Shown: in pieces, positions 1 to 11,039 of the stretch
Position numbering within the stretch: position 1 is the first letter of the stretch
Layout of the letters: the number at the start of each line of letters is the position of its first letter
DNA from: Girardia tigrina
Taxonomy: Eukaryota
Assembly (NCBI GenBank): GCA_001938485.1
Contig: MQRK01236221.1
Coordinates: 1-60,041, forward strand
Length of the DNA: 60,041 nucleotides
Direction: 5' to 3'
The notes under the pieces: model-generated
Told to the model about the DNA's origin: nothing
Seen by the model: the letters and a program-made list of their open reading frames with translations, nothing else
Database searches by the model: none
Position numbers and translations under genes: made by a program

Positions 1-728
1 ATCATATTTTTATTTATACATATTTCTATTTATATTGGTTGTGTAAAAAAAGAAAATACAAAAGTTCCTCAAAAAAAATATTTGTTTAAAAAATTCTAAT
101 TGTTATAGAAATAAATTTTTGGTGTTCGTTATAATGTCTTGTGAGCAAGAATCCAATATCCATCATAGACAGACTCACTCGTGAGACTGTAGATAAAATA
201 ATCGAAAAAGAAAAAATCAAAAATGAAAAAATTAATAGTTTAAACATTGAAACCTGCTTTACACCTGGGTATACTCTAAGCTTACCTTACTCTGAGGGTT
301 TTAAACAACTCAAGAATTCGATCTTGAAATCAACAGATAACATTTTAAATTTAAAAATTATTTCTCAATCATTTAAAGTTGAGAATATGTTTTACAATAA
401 ATCACATACTCCTTTAGGATTGTGTTCGGACATTGTTTATCAATACACATGTAATGGGTGCAATGCCACATACATCGGAGAGACTGCCCGTCATCTCTGC
501 AAACGAGTCCAAGAACACAGTCAAAAAGGGGGAAAGAGTAATATTACTGAGCATAAAGAAACGTGTAAATGTAATATGAGCATAAATGATTTTAAGAATT
601 TGTGCAAGCATTTGAAAAATTATTGGGAGAGAGTGCCATGTGAAGCATTGTTGATAAGATCATGTGATCCTAAAATCAATGTTCAAACAGCACTCTCAAA
701 CTAATTTGTTAAGAGTTTTCAATTAGAC

Positions 729-768
729 TTACGTAAGTGATTGCATAATTATTCATTTCTTATATAAA
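729..768 (+). promoter_or_regulatory. Putative PLE internal promoter: two bZIP-like sites plus TATA box
   Basis: TTACGTAA (729-736), TTGCATAA (741-748), TATATAAA (761-768). The same layout precedes the HHRs at 16356(-), 39593, 49656(-) and 50812. Confidence 0.55.
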
Positions 769-792
769 GCAATAAAAAAGAACATAATCAGT

Positions 793-831
793 GATCTGAT
801 GATGACGGTTAAACCGTCGAAATATATTATC
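793..831 (+). ncRNA. Minimal type I hammerhead ribozyme
   Basis: GAT-CTGATGA-T-GACGG-ttaaa-CCGTC-GAAA-TATA-TT^ATC: intact core, 5-bp stem II, palindromic stem III loop, stem I GAT/ATC. Confidence 0.85.
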
Positions 832-894
832 CTAAAATATATTTTTAAATGGCGTTTATTTGTTTATAAAAAATAGATAAAAATCGTTTTTTAT

Positions 895-1900
895 ACGATT
901 CCAATGATATTCACATTGTCTATTTATTATTGTGAGGAATATTTTAAATTTGGTATGTTGAAATTGGTTTGTTGAATTTTGTATGTTGAGTTTAGTATTT
1001 GGAAATGTGTTTCTCCCACCCAGATGGAAAATTGATATTTTGGATGTTCACGATGAATTCGAGTATAATTTGCATTTTAAAGTACAGCATAAGATATTTA
1101 AAAAACTTAAAAAATATCAAATCGTTTCAAATTTTAATATTAAAAATTAAAATAAAGTAAACAACTTTTAACTAAGTTTTAAATTAAATAAATGTTCTTT
1201 CTTTAAATAAAATCATTTTTTAAATAAAATTAATATGTAGATAAAATTATTACTAAAATTACAAAATTTGAAGATTAAAAATAAAATCTGAAAATAATGA
1301 AAGATTTGTTCGAATAATTGTTTATTAAAAAACATTAACTAAAATTTATCAGTTTAGAACGATGTCGAATTACAAAAGTTTTGCTGAGAGTTGTCCAAAA
1401 GACAATTCTAATTGTATTGAAAATAAAAGTTCGAAAACCCATGTTGGTGTTCTTAATAATTATAATTGTCGATTTGAGTTTAATTAAATAATTTTTGATA
1501 AAATTCGATTTTCTGATTGATTGTATCGGTAATGATGGTTGATCTGTCGTTTTGTGAACGATTTTCGTGAGATCATATTATCTGTTTCCAGTTTGAATAA
1601 TTCAAGTCTTTAGATTTATCGTTTGAATTTCCATAAATGCTAAGGATATTTGCGATTTGATTTAATGATATGCTTACAGTGGTTTTTTGATAATTGATCT
1701 TCTTTAATATTAGGTTTTTTTATTTTCAACGGATCATTTCTATCTATTCCCCCTTCTTTAGAATTGTTGGGTATTGTTTCTTTTTTAATTTTTAAATACT
1801 GAATTTGAAATAACTGACTTTCTGACTCCAAATAAATCAGAAGATTCTTCCAACAGTTTTCCAAAATTTGATTGAATTAAAAGCAAATCAATTATCTTAT
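895..1900. repeat. Copy A of an unclassified diverged multi-block repeat family
   Basis: 931-1057 is nearly identical to 32089-32201 and similar to 41270-41420 and 43615-43770. 1300-1460 is similar to 41530-41660, 44165-44320, 37040-37190(-) and 6860-7000(-). Confidence 0.7.
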
Positions 1901-1969
1901 TAATTAGTGATCTTAATAATTTTTTTTTAATCAAGTTTTAAAAATTTTAAAAATTTTTATTAAAAAAAC

Positions 1970-2197
1970 ATTAAAAATTAATATAAACTACTTATAATTT
2001 AAAAGTAGATATCTTGCAATTAATATTGTTTGGCAACTCAGAATTTTCCGTTTTTTTCCAATTTTGGGATGTTAAAAAGTTTTTTTCCATCAAATTTTTA
2101 CATAATCATTTATTGTCATCGAGAATAAGTAAGTATGGAAAGTTTGAAGAAAATCAATTGAGTAAAATGCCTTCAAAAACAGGTTTCTAAATTCCAT
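1970..2197. repeat. Dispersed DNA-transposon-like repeat abutting (TA)n
   Basis: Clearly homologous to about 9598-9823. Both copies end at ggtttctaaattccat just before a TA microsatellite. Confidence 0.7.
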
Positions 2198-2212
2198 GGA
2201 TACATATATATA

Positions 2213-2253
<41 letters not shown>

Positions 2254-2296
2254 ATATAGAAAGTAAGGAAATAAAAAGAATGGCAAATTATGTTTA

Positions 2297-2400
2297 CTAG
2301 AAAAAGACCAGTCATATAAAACGGTTGAGCTGACTTTTCCGTCTTTGAAAGTTTCTATTTTTTAAATTATAATTATTAAGATTTATTATCTATTGTTTTA
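2297..2400 (-). mobile_element. Helitron 3' terminus (degenerate copy)
   Basis: Minus strand ends in a hairpin plus CTAG|T. Homologous to 38078-38180. Confidence 0.6.
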
Positions 2401-3194
2401 TAATTTTAAGCATGCACGAAGATATTCTTCAGAAACATATTTTAATAGAATTTTATATTGTTTTTCTTAACAGATTTTGATTTCTTCCTAATTATTTAGA
2501 CGTTTTTTTATAGTTAAATTAAACTGTAAAGGAAATAACTTCTAAAATATTAATAATAAAATGATTAGATCAAAAATCCATATGCGACTAGACTTTTTGG
2601 AATTCGATTTATCATTAAGAATTTTTGTTTATTTTCTTCTGGATAAATTATATTTAAATTGTATCAGTTATAACGTGATTATTATTAATTATGTAAAGCA
2701 TTTATTTAAAAGAAAATTAATTGGTTTTGCTAATTCAATTACAATTTTGCGTGATCTTTTTTTTCTTTTTTTAAAAAGAACTTTTTGTATTTTATTATTT
2801 ATTGCCATATTTTTTTTCTAATAAAAATGAATAAAAAAATATTATCTAACAAATCCGTTTTAAGTAAGAAAATGTTTGAAAAACTTTATAAAATAAATAT
2901 TTTATGACAGTTAATGTTTTTCTTATAAATGTTTACAATTTGATTTTTTTTCATGAAAATATCACAGTTTGTTTTTTATACAATAATTTTATTACATTAA
3001 TTTTTACTTATTTTCTTTTATATATCATTTTAATATTTTCTTTTATAAACTTATATTCTCAGATTTAATGCAAAACTCATAATAAAAATATACTTAAAAT
3101 TTTAGGTCTTTTCAAAATAATATTTCTGTAAGTAAAATAATTAAATTAATAATTAACAAATTAGAAGTAATTAATGATTCTCTTTGAGATGATA

Positions 3195-5247
3195 CAGGGT
3201 GGCCCAATGGGTACGCAGCCTCTAATTTTTGCATATTCTAAATCTACTCGTCAAGACGAGTATTTTGATATATAACATGTGAGGTGTAAAAATTCCAGAA
3301 CTTGACCTTTTTGCGCAATAAAGGTCAAATTTTGAAACTCAGAATTTTGTTATAAAAATGGATTCATTTTGTGGATTTTTTAATGCTGATTAGGAATATA
3401 TGGTTATTTTTCTCATAGCACTTATGGTTCGAAAGTTATACGATTTATAAAACTTAACATTTATTGGTCAATGTTGAAAAAATTGAAAGAATAATGTAAT
3501 AAATAGAAAAATAATCAATGTTTGAATGAAAAAATATATTTNNNNNNNNNNNNNNNNNNNNNNNNNNNNNNNNNNNNNNNNNNNNNNNNNNNNNNNNNNN
3601 NNNNNNNNNNNNNNNNNNNNNNNNNNNNNNNNNNNNNNNNNNNNNNNNNNNNNNNNNNNNNNNNNNNNNNNNNNNNNNNNNNNNNNNNNNNNNNNNNNNN
3701 NNNNNNNNNNNNNNNNNNNNNNNNNNNNNNNNNNNNNNNNNNNNNNNNNNNNTGATTTCTTGTTCAATTGCGATTTTAAGCTCGTCAAGTGTTGCTGGTT
3801 CTGTGCGATAAACCTTGTCTTTGAGATAGCCCCATAAAAAGTAATCACAAGGGTTCAAATCTGGAGAATATGGAGGCTAATCCTCTCCAGAACCTGTTTT
3901 AGAAGGTGCATCCAATCTAATTATTCAATTTGAAAATTGTTCAGAAAGGAGATCAAATATTTCTTGAGTTCGATGAGGTCTTGCTCCATCTTGCATAAAC
4001 CAATATTCCTCAACTTTTTGCGAACCGAGTAAATAAGGAAAGATTTCATTGTTGAGCCTATTAAAATAGGTTTTTGCGGATATATTTTGATAAATGAAGA
4101 ATGGTTCGATGATTTCTACAGATGACATTGCACACCAAACAGTTAAGCGAATAGGATGAAGTGGTCTAATTATTGCATGATGAGGATTTTCTGTTCCCCA
4201 AAAAACGCCAATTTTGCTTATTAACGTAACCATGCAGATAGAAATGAGCTTCATCAGAAAACCATATTTTGTTAAAATCAATTTCACCACTCTCTTTCAT
4301 GTTAATTAGTTTATTTGAGAATTCAAATCTTTGGACACCAGCTCTTTCACTAATCGGTTGATTAATTTGAATCTTGTAAGGGAATAAAACTAGATCTAAT
4401 TTCATTATTCTTTGTATAGATGATCTTTGTATTCCGAGTACTCTTGAGGCCTGTCTTTGGCTTGATTCGGGATTCTCTTGAAAATAATTTTGTACGGACT
4501 CGATGTTCTCTTCCGTTCTTACAGTCTTGGATTTCCTTTTCATTTCTTCTTTATTATCTAGAACCGTTCCAAATTCCGTGAACTTCTCGTATGCACGCTT
4601 TATTGTAGTTGGATCAATTTTATAATGGCTTCCAAACTCAATTCTAAATTCTTTAGCCACTTCGGTTGCCGATTTCAGTTCGTGGAACTTAAAAACCATC
4701 AAAATTCGTTGTTTAACGCTATATTTACTCATTTTTGGAAGCTTAAAAATAAAAAAATTTATTTAATAAAATACAACAATTGAGGTTAATTAAACTAGTT
4801 CTTACCAGAAGTGATAAATTTAACTAAATTAGCTATCAAAATACAGAACTATAATTAATCTCTCGCAAGTTAATGCCAAAATTGATACCAAATGCTTTTT
4901 AATCAATTGACAAAATACAACGATAGGGTTTTTTCAAAAAATTAAAATATTTAATTTGTTTTTTATGAAACTGATCAATAAATGTTAAGTTTTATAAATC
5001 GTATAACTTTCGAACCATAAGTGTTATGAGAAAAATAACCATATATTCCTAATCAGCATTAAAAAATCCACAAAATGAATCCATTTTTATAACAAAATTC
5101 TGAGTTTCAAAATTTGACCTTTATTGCGCAAAAAGGTCAAGTTCTGGAATTTTTACACCTCACATGTTATATATCAAAATACTCGTCTTGACGAGTAGAT
5201 TTAGAATATGCAAAAATTAAAGGCTGCGTACCCATTGGGCCATCCTG
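3195..5247 (-). mobile_element. Tc1/mariner (rosa/DD41D-related) transposon with ~276-bp TIRs and a disrupted transposase (4732 to ~3755)
   Basis: TA-flanked CAGGGTGGCCC...GGGCCATCCTG; TIRs 3195-3470 and 4972-5247. Motifs WFSDEAHF, FMQDGARPH and PPYSPDLNPCDYFLWGYLK. One frameshift and two stops. Confidence 0.92.
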
Positions 5248-6109
5248 TATAATGGAAAATGTGTGTGGATTTTAATGATATTCATATTAACATTATAAAA
5301 TTTCTGATAATTTTATAATAGTTTTAGGATCACAATATTTACCATCTTCGTTTCAGGGATTATAATTGTTAGGATTTTATGAAGCTCACATAAATTTTTG
5401 AATTTAAATATTGAAAATCTCTCAAAAGAATTTTCAAAATATATTTAAAATTAAAATCTACAATAATCATTTTGTTATTGAAACATCATTATAAAAAATA
5501 AAAATTTATTAAAATAAAATATTATAATAACAAAAATGAAAATGTATAGTTTAAGATTTTTTCAATGACAATATTATAATAATAAATTAGAAAAATTAGT
5601 AAAAATTTGTTTTCAAAAATAATAAAATTAATGTCTTAAAATTAATTTTGAATATTCATAAATTAAAAAAAATTAAATAAGTATTCGTATTTATATTTCA
5701 TTATCTTTATGTACAAATGGCTTGTACAAAAGAAAAAATATTCCTCGAAATTTTTTTCAAAAATATGTTATTACGTTATATTAATAAAATTTGTGCTATG
5801 ACTTCGACTTTTGATATCGAACCGAACGATAATATTAAAAAAGAAAAAAATAGTTTTGCAATCGCAACAAGCTGTAACAATATTATGTTCGTTTCCATAT
5901 AGTATCTTAACTCGTTTAAGAGAAAAAATATTGACGACAAACCTCTCAAAGATTTTTGGTAAAACTCCATCGAGATTTATATATGTGTATATATTTACAT
6001 TTGAATTGCGATTCATGAAAAACATCTTCAATTTAAATTCATATATAAAATGAATGTATTAATTTATACATACATTAAAAGCATTATAGAAGATTTATAT
6101 ATTAATTCT

Positions 6110-6650
6110 ACACAAGCATTATGCATCGCAATCGGGTTCGAAGATTTTTTCATCCTTCCTCTACGCTATTTTGTGAAGCACTAGCACCAATGGTACTACC
6201 TTTGGTTCTGTGATCGATCAATAAATGTCGCTTTAACCATCCATCTATTTTATAGGTCTTGTGACAATTTTCCATGGGATATTGAAAAGGTTTTTCACCA
6301 TTCTGACACTGCAGCATTGTGACCGCATTCATTTTTTTGTGTATCTTTTTAATTCCTTCTGTTTAGTAAAAGCTTTGAAACAAGAGAGATACGTACATTG
6401 TACTCTTTTGATACGCTACTGCAGCATTTTTGGATACTCTTTTCCCAGTTCAATCACTTCTGTCCGTTTTTCAGATTCAGTTCCTTTAGACAGATGTTTG
6501 AATTCCACGTCAATATCGAGAATTCCTCTCTCATTCAATCATTCCTGGTATTCCTTCTTGACCAGATCTTCTTTATCACCTAATATCGCAGGCGCTACGT
6601 TCTTGCATCAACTGTTTTACGGCCGTTCTTATTTCTGTTTCCTGATAACA
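6110..6650 (-). mobile_element. LINE C-terminal fragment with C2H2 zinc fingers
   Basis: FQYPMENCHKTYKIDGWLKRHLLIDH, homologous to the ends of the LINEs at ~17500-17950 and ~35200-35640. Confidence 0.7.
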
Positions 6651-7763
6651 AGAGACATTACAGAAAATATCACTAAAATTATTTAAAAAGACAAAAAAAT
6701 ATCTTCAAATAATTATCAATTAGAAAAATAAAGCATATTCTTCTGTTCAATACATATCCTGTTCAAATAAATGACAAATCTAATGTCACTTCTTGACAAT
6801 TAAGATATAAATCTTACTTCCATTTCTTTTATTTGCCTTATAATTGATCAACTTTTTTAAGATCACCGACAAAATTACTTTGAAAACATTTATTACAATT
6901 ACATTTAAAGTCATCATAACTCTAAAAAGTTCTTTCACCATTTATCAACATTCTAATAAGTGTAGTTTCTGACATTTAATAATGATTATTCGAATACATT
7001 TCCTAACATTTTTATTTTAATTTTAATATATTTCATAAAACATGCTCATTTTAATTTTTGAAAAATATTACTTTTAATAAAATTTATTTTAAATTATTAA
7101 TTTTTAAATTTAAATTTTATCAAATTATTAAATTTTCATTAATTTTAAAAATGTAAATTCTATTCGAATGATCAGTTGTCGCTAATACAATAAAGCACCA
7201 ATGTAAGAATTATCCATTAAAAACCGGAAATCGAAAGAAATGTTTATTTCAAATCAAAATTAAACTATGCGCGTAATTTATAATTACGTTGATTGATTCA
7301 AACAATTTCAGGAGTTTATATAATCATATTATGGATCCTTTCTATATTTATAAATAGAGATATGGATTTAAATTTAATTTTTATGGATATTAATTTAATT
7401 ATCCTAACAACCAATTTTCAAAGTGGATAACAGAATCACAATTACAATTTCAGCACACTCAAATAAACACACCACATCCATACACAATTTAAACTATTTC
7501 TCACACGGCGGTTTACCTGATTCAATTGATTTCTATATATAATTTAAAAGTATCTAAATTTAACATTGGATTTTGATAACTTGAATTAAGGTTATTGTTA
7601 CAATTATTTTAAAAAGTATTATTATAAAAAATAATTATAATAATTAAGTAGTCAATAAAAGGACTGAGGTCACTATAAACGTTAAAATAAATAATTTGAA
7701 TTGTTAATTCAACGATTATAACTATAAGATATAAACAATATTAACAATTTTACAATCATTAAT

Positions 7764-7853
7764 TTAACCTTCATCCGTCCCTCAAATCGACTGTAAACTA
7801 AAAATACTGTACACTTCGGGTCGAAAAAGACCCGAGGGACGGATGAAGGTTAA
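7764..7853. mobile_element. 82-bp piggyBac-type MITE with TTAA target-site duplication (TSD)
   Basis: TTAA|CCTTCATCCGTCCCTC...GAGGGACGGATGAAGG|TTAA (16-bp perfect TIR). Internal hairpin TCGGGTC-gaaaaa-GACCCGA. Confidence 0.8.
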
Positions 7854-8490
7854 GTTTAAAAACCATAAAACGGAATAAACAAGGTTAAAATTAAACTTAA
7901 TAATAAAAGGTAAAAAAGGAAAGTTAAAATGTAAAAAAATAATCTAAAAAATATGAATCAGTAAAATTTATAAAGAAACAGTAATAAAGCGTAAAATTAA
8001 ATATCTGTCTTTATAATATGAATTTTATCTATAAAAATTATTACATCAAAAAATTAAATGGTCCCGGAGAAAATTTGTTTAAATACTCGGGATTATTTAA
8101 AAAGCAGTTAGTCTGTTTTTGAATAAAATTTTGTATTTTAATTTTACCAAAATTTTTGCTTTTATCAATGTTTTTAATTTTAATTTTATCGAAACCCATA
8201 ATGTCGGATGAAAAGTAGTTGGCCGGAATCGGGGCTTACAATTATCACATAGTATATATCTATTTATCTATTCTTTATAAATCTCTCACAATATTTGATT
8301 ATCAAACATTTCACCTTCAAAAAAATTAATCCATATCCTGTGGAAAACGACCTCGACATACTTTAGTATTATTGGTTTTAAAATTCCTCACTGATCAAAC
8401 ATTTGTCAAGCGAAACTATTTTTTCAACAAGTTTTTAAGTATAAATGAATAACACAATATTATTTTTATTTAAAATATTCAAAATCAATA

Positions 8491-8860
8491 TCACATTTTA
8501 TTGTCGCAATATCGATCATTCTTCTCAGAATTTTTTTGTGAATTCTGTTTCCTAAATTTTTTATTAAGAATTATCCTAATGCAATGCAGCCTTTTAAGAG
8601 ATATGAAAATCGTGAATTCTCTTAAAAGAAAAGAGGCGGATTTATATTTTCTTGAAACGTTCAATGAAGAAAAATGATACATTTCATTTTTAAATCAAAA
8701 TTACATGATTGCTTATTGTCGGAGAATATTAGAAGAATTCACAGAACAATTCTGAGAAGAGTGATCGATATAGCGACAATAAAATTTGATTTTAATGGCG
8801 TTCTTAATTATAAAATTTTGCCATTATTTTTTAAATTTCTTTTTAAGATAACTACATCTT
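8491..8860. mobile_element. Penelope-like N-terminal fragment with an inverted arm
   Basis: Encodes KIVNSLKRKEADLYFLET...KSKLHDCLLSENIRRIHR as at 50153. 8491-8546 is an inverted copy of ~8735-8790. Confidence 0.8.
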
Positions 8861-9428
8861 TTGTTAAGTTGTAACAATTGTGATATTAATTATTCCAAAA
8901 TGTTAACAATTACAGTACTTTATTTTAGTCTACCTTTTATCCTCAAAGGAATACAAGAAATTCTTTCTCCGGACTCTTGTTTAACATCATGTTTTTAGTA
9001 ACAGTTATCAAATATATATTTTACTTAGTAAACCTTTTACAAGATAAAAAGATTTTATTTAACAAAATATTTTGTTAATGTGCAATTACTTTTCCAGAAA
9101 AAAAAACAATAGATATTAAATATAAATAATTTATATATTGATTGTCTTTTATTCTACGTGTAAATACAAATGAAAGGAGACGAATAACTCAGTAACGTTT
9201 CGTTCGATACAAATATTCCACATAGAAAAAAATATTTATAAAATTCAATTTTCAGTCTGATAATAATTTGAAATTAGTCAAAATAATTCACAATGAAGAA
9301 AAAATAATTAAAATATTTATTTTCTTTTAATGTTTATGTAACTGCATATTTAGATTTTAAAAATCTCAATTTCATCACCTAAATAAAATGTCTCGAAACG
9401 AGTTGTTTGATTAAAAATTCAAGTCAAA

Positions 9429-9464
<36 letters not shown>

Positions 9465-9834
9465 ATGTGTCATGTCGTATTCACGAAGTAGGCAAAATAT
9501 TTTGCCGAGTTCGTGAATTCGGTAACAGTTTGCTGAAAAAGTGTAATTGCCGAAATTATGATCTAGTCAATTTTTTCCAATTTCAATTAAAAAAAGCAAT
9601 AAAAATTAATATAAACTACTTATAATTTATAAGTAGATATCTTGCATTTATTATTTTTCGATAACTCCGAATTTTCCGTTTTTTCCCATTTTGGGATCTT
9701 AAAAAAATTTTTCGGTCAATTTTTTACATAATCATTTATTGCCATCGAAAATGAGTAAGTGTGCAATGTTTGAAGAAAAACGATTGAGTAAAAGGCCTTC
9801 AAAAATAGGTTTCTAAATTCCATATATATATATA

Positions 9835-11002
9835 CAGGGTGCGGCAGCTATTTGAGAACAAAATGACATAAAGTTCAAAAAATGAATATACAACAGAAAA
9901 ATAACATTTATTACAATTTAAAATTTTACATATATTAANNNNNNNNNNNNNNNNNNNNNNNNNNNNNNNNNNNNNNNNNNNNNNNNNNNNNNNNNNNNNN
10001 NNNNNNNNNNNNNNNNNNNNNNNNNNNNNNNNNNNNNNNNNNNNNNNNNNNNNNNNNNNNNNNNNNNNNNNNNNNNNNNNNNNNNNNNNNNNNNNNNNNN
10101 NNNNNNNNNNNNNNNNNNNNNNNNNNNNNNNNNNNNNNNNNNNNNNNNNNNNNNNNNNNNNNNNNNNNNNNNNNNNNNNNNNNNNNNNNNNNNNNNNNNN
10201 NNNNNNNNNNNNNNNNNNNNNNNNNNNNNNNNNNNNNNNNNNNNNNNNNNNNNNNNNNNNNNNNNNNNNNNNNNNNNNNNNNNNNNNNNNNNNNNNNNNN
10301 NNNNNNNNNNNNNNNNNNNNNNNNNNNNNNNNNNNNNNNNNNNNNNNNNNNNNNNNNNNNNNNNNNNNNNNNNNNNNNNNNNNNNNNNNNNNNNNNNNNN
10401 NNNNNNNNNNNNNNNNNNNNNNNNNNNNNNNNNNNNNNNNNNNNNNNNNNNNNNNNNNNNNNNNNNNNNNNNNNNNNNNNNNNNNNNNNNNNNNNNNNNN
10501 NNNNNNNNNNNNNNNNNNNNNNNNNNNNNNNNNNNNNNNNNNNNNNNNNNNNNNNNNNNNNNNNNNNNNNNNNNNNNNNNNNNNNNNNNNNNNNNNNNNN
10601 NNNNNNNNNNNNNNNNNNNNNNNNNNNNNNNNNNNNNNNNNNNNNNNNNNNNNNNNNNNNNNNNNNNNNNNNNNNNNNNNNNNNNNNNNNNNNNNNNNNN
10701 NNNNNNNNNNNNNNNNNNNNNNNNNNNNNNNNNNNNNNNNNNNNNNNNNNNNNNNNNNNNNNNNNNNNNNNNNNNNNNNNNNNNNNNNNNNNNNNNNNNN
10801 NNNNNNNNNNNNNNNNNNNNNNNNNNNNNNNNNNNNNNNNNNNNNNNNNNNNNNNNNNNNNNNNNNNNNNNNNNNNNNNNNNNNNNNNNTTCGTAAGAGT
10901 AGCTTCTGCCATGTCTACCAGCAAAAATAAAATTATGTAATTATAACACACAAAAAGATATGGTGTCTATATTACGTGTTCTCAAATAGCTGCCGCACTC
11001 TG
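9835..11002 (-). mobile_element. Tc1/mariner (maT/DD37D-like) element, interior mostly in an assembly gap
   Basis: TA|CAGGGTGCGGCAGCTATTTGAGAACA...TGTTCTCAAATAGCTGCCGCACTCTG|TA. Start MAEATLT matches the copy at ~20945. Confidence 0.8.
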
Positions 11003-11039
11003 TATATACCTAAATAAAAAGTAAGTTAATAAAAAAATG

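Larger units (their letters stand above)
141..880 (+). mobile_element. Penelope-like retroelement 3' part: GIY-YIG endonuclease (ORF 141-704), 3' UTR/promoter, HHR and start of the next ORF copy
   Basis: ORF contains VYQYTCNGCNATYIGETARHL...RVQEH...EALLIRSCDPKINVQ, typical of PLE GIY-YIG domains. It is followed by an HHR and ATGGCG at 849, like the start of the PLE at 16294. Confidence 0.9.

Noticed and set aside
995-1060. Minus-strand peptide NINFPSGWEKHISKY resembling a WW-domain start; CAA/TAA alternation between copies hinting at TAA=Gln recoding
   Set aside because: A stop follows immediately, the YY and second W of WW domains are missing, other copies lose the W, and the transposon ORFs here are consistent with the standard code.
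9935-10951. Long ORFs listed across N runs (also 3454-3858 and 20971-21318)
   Set aside because: Artefacts of translating assembly gaps and (TA)n tracts.
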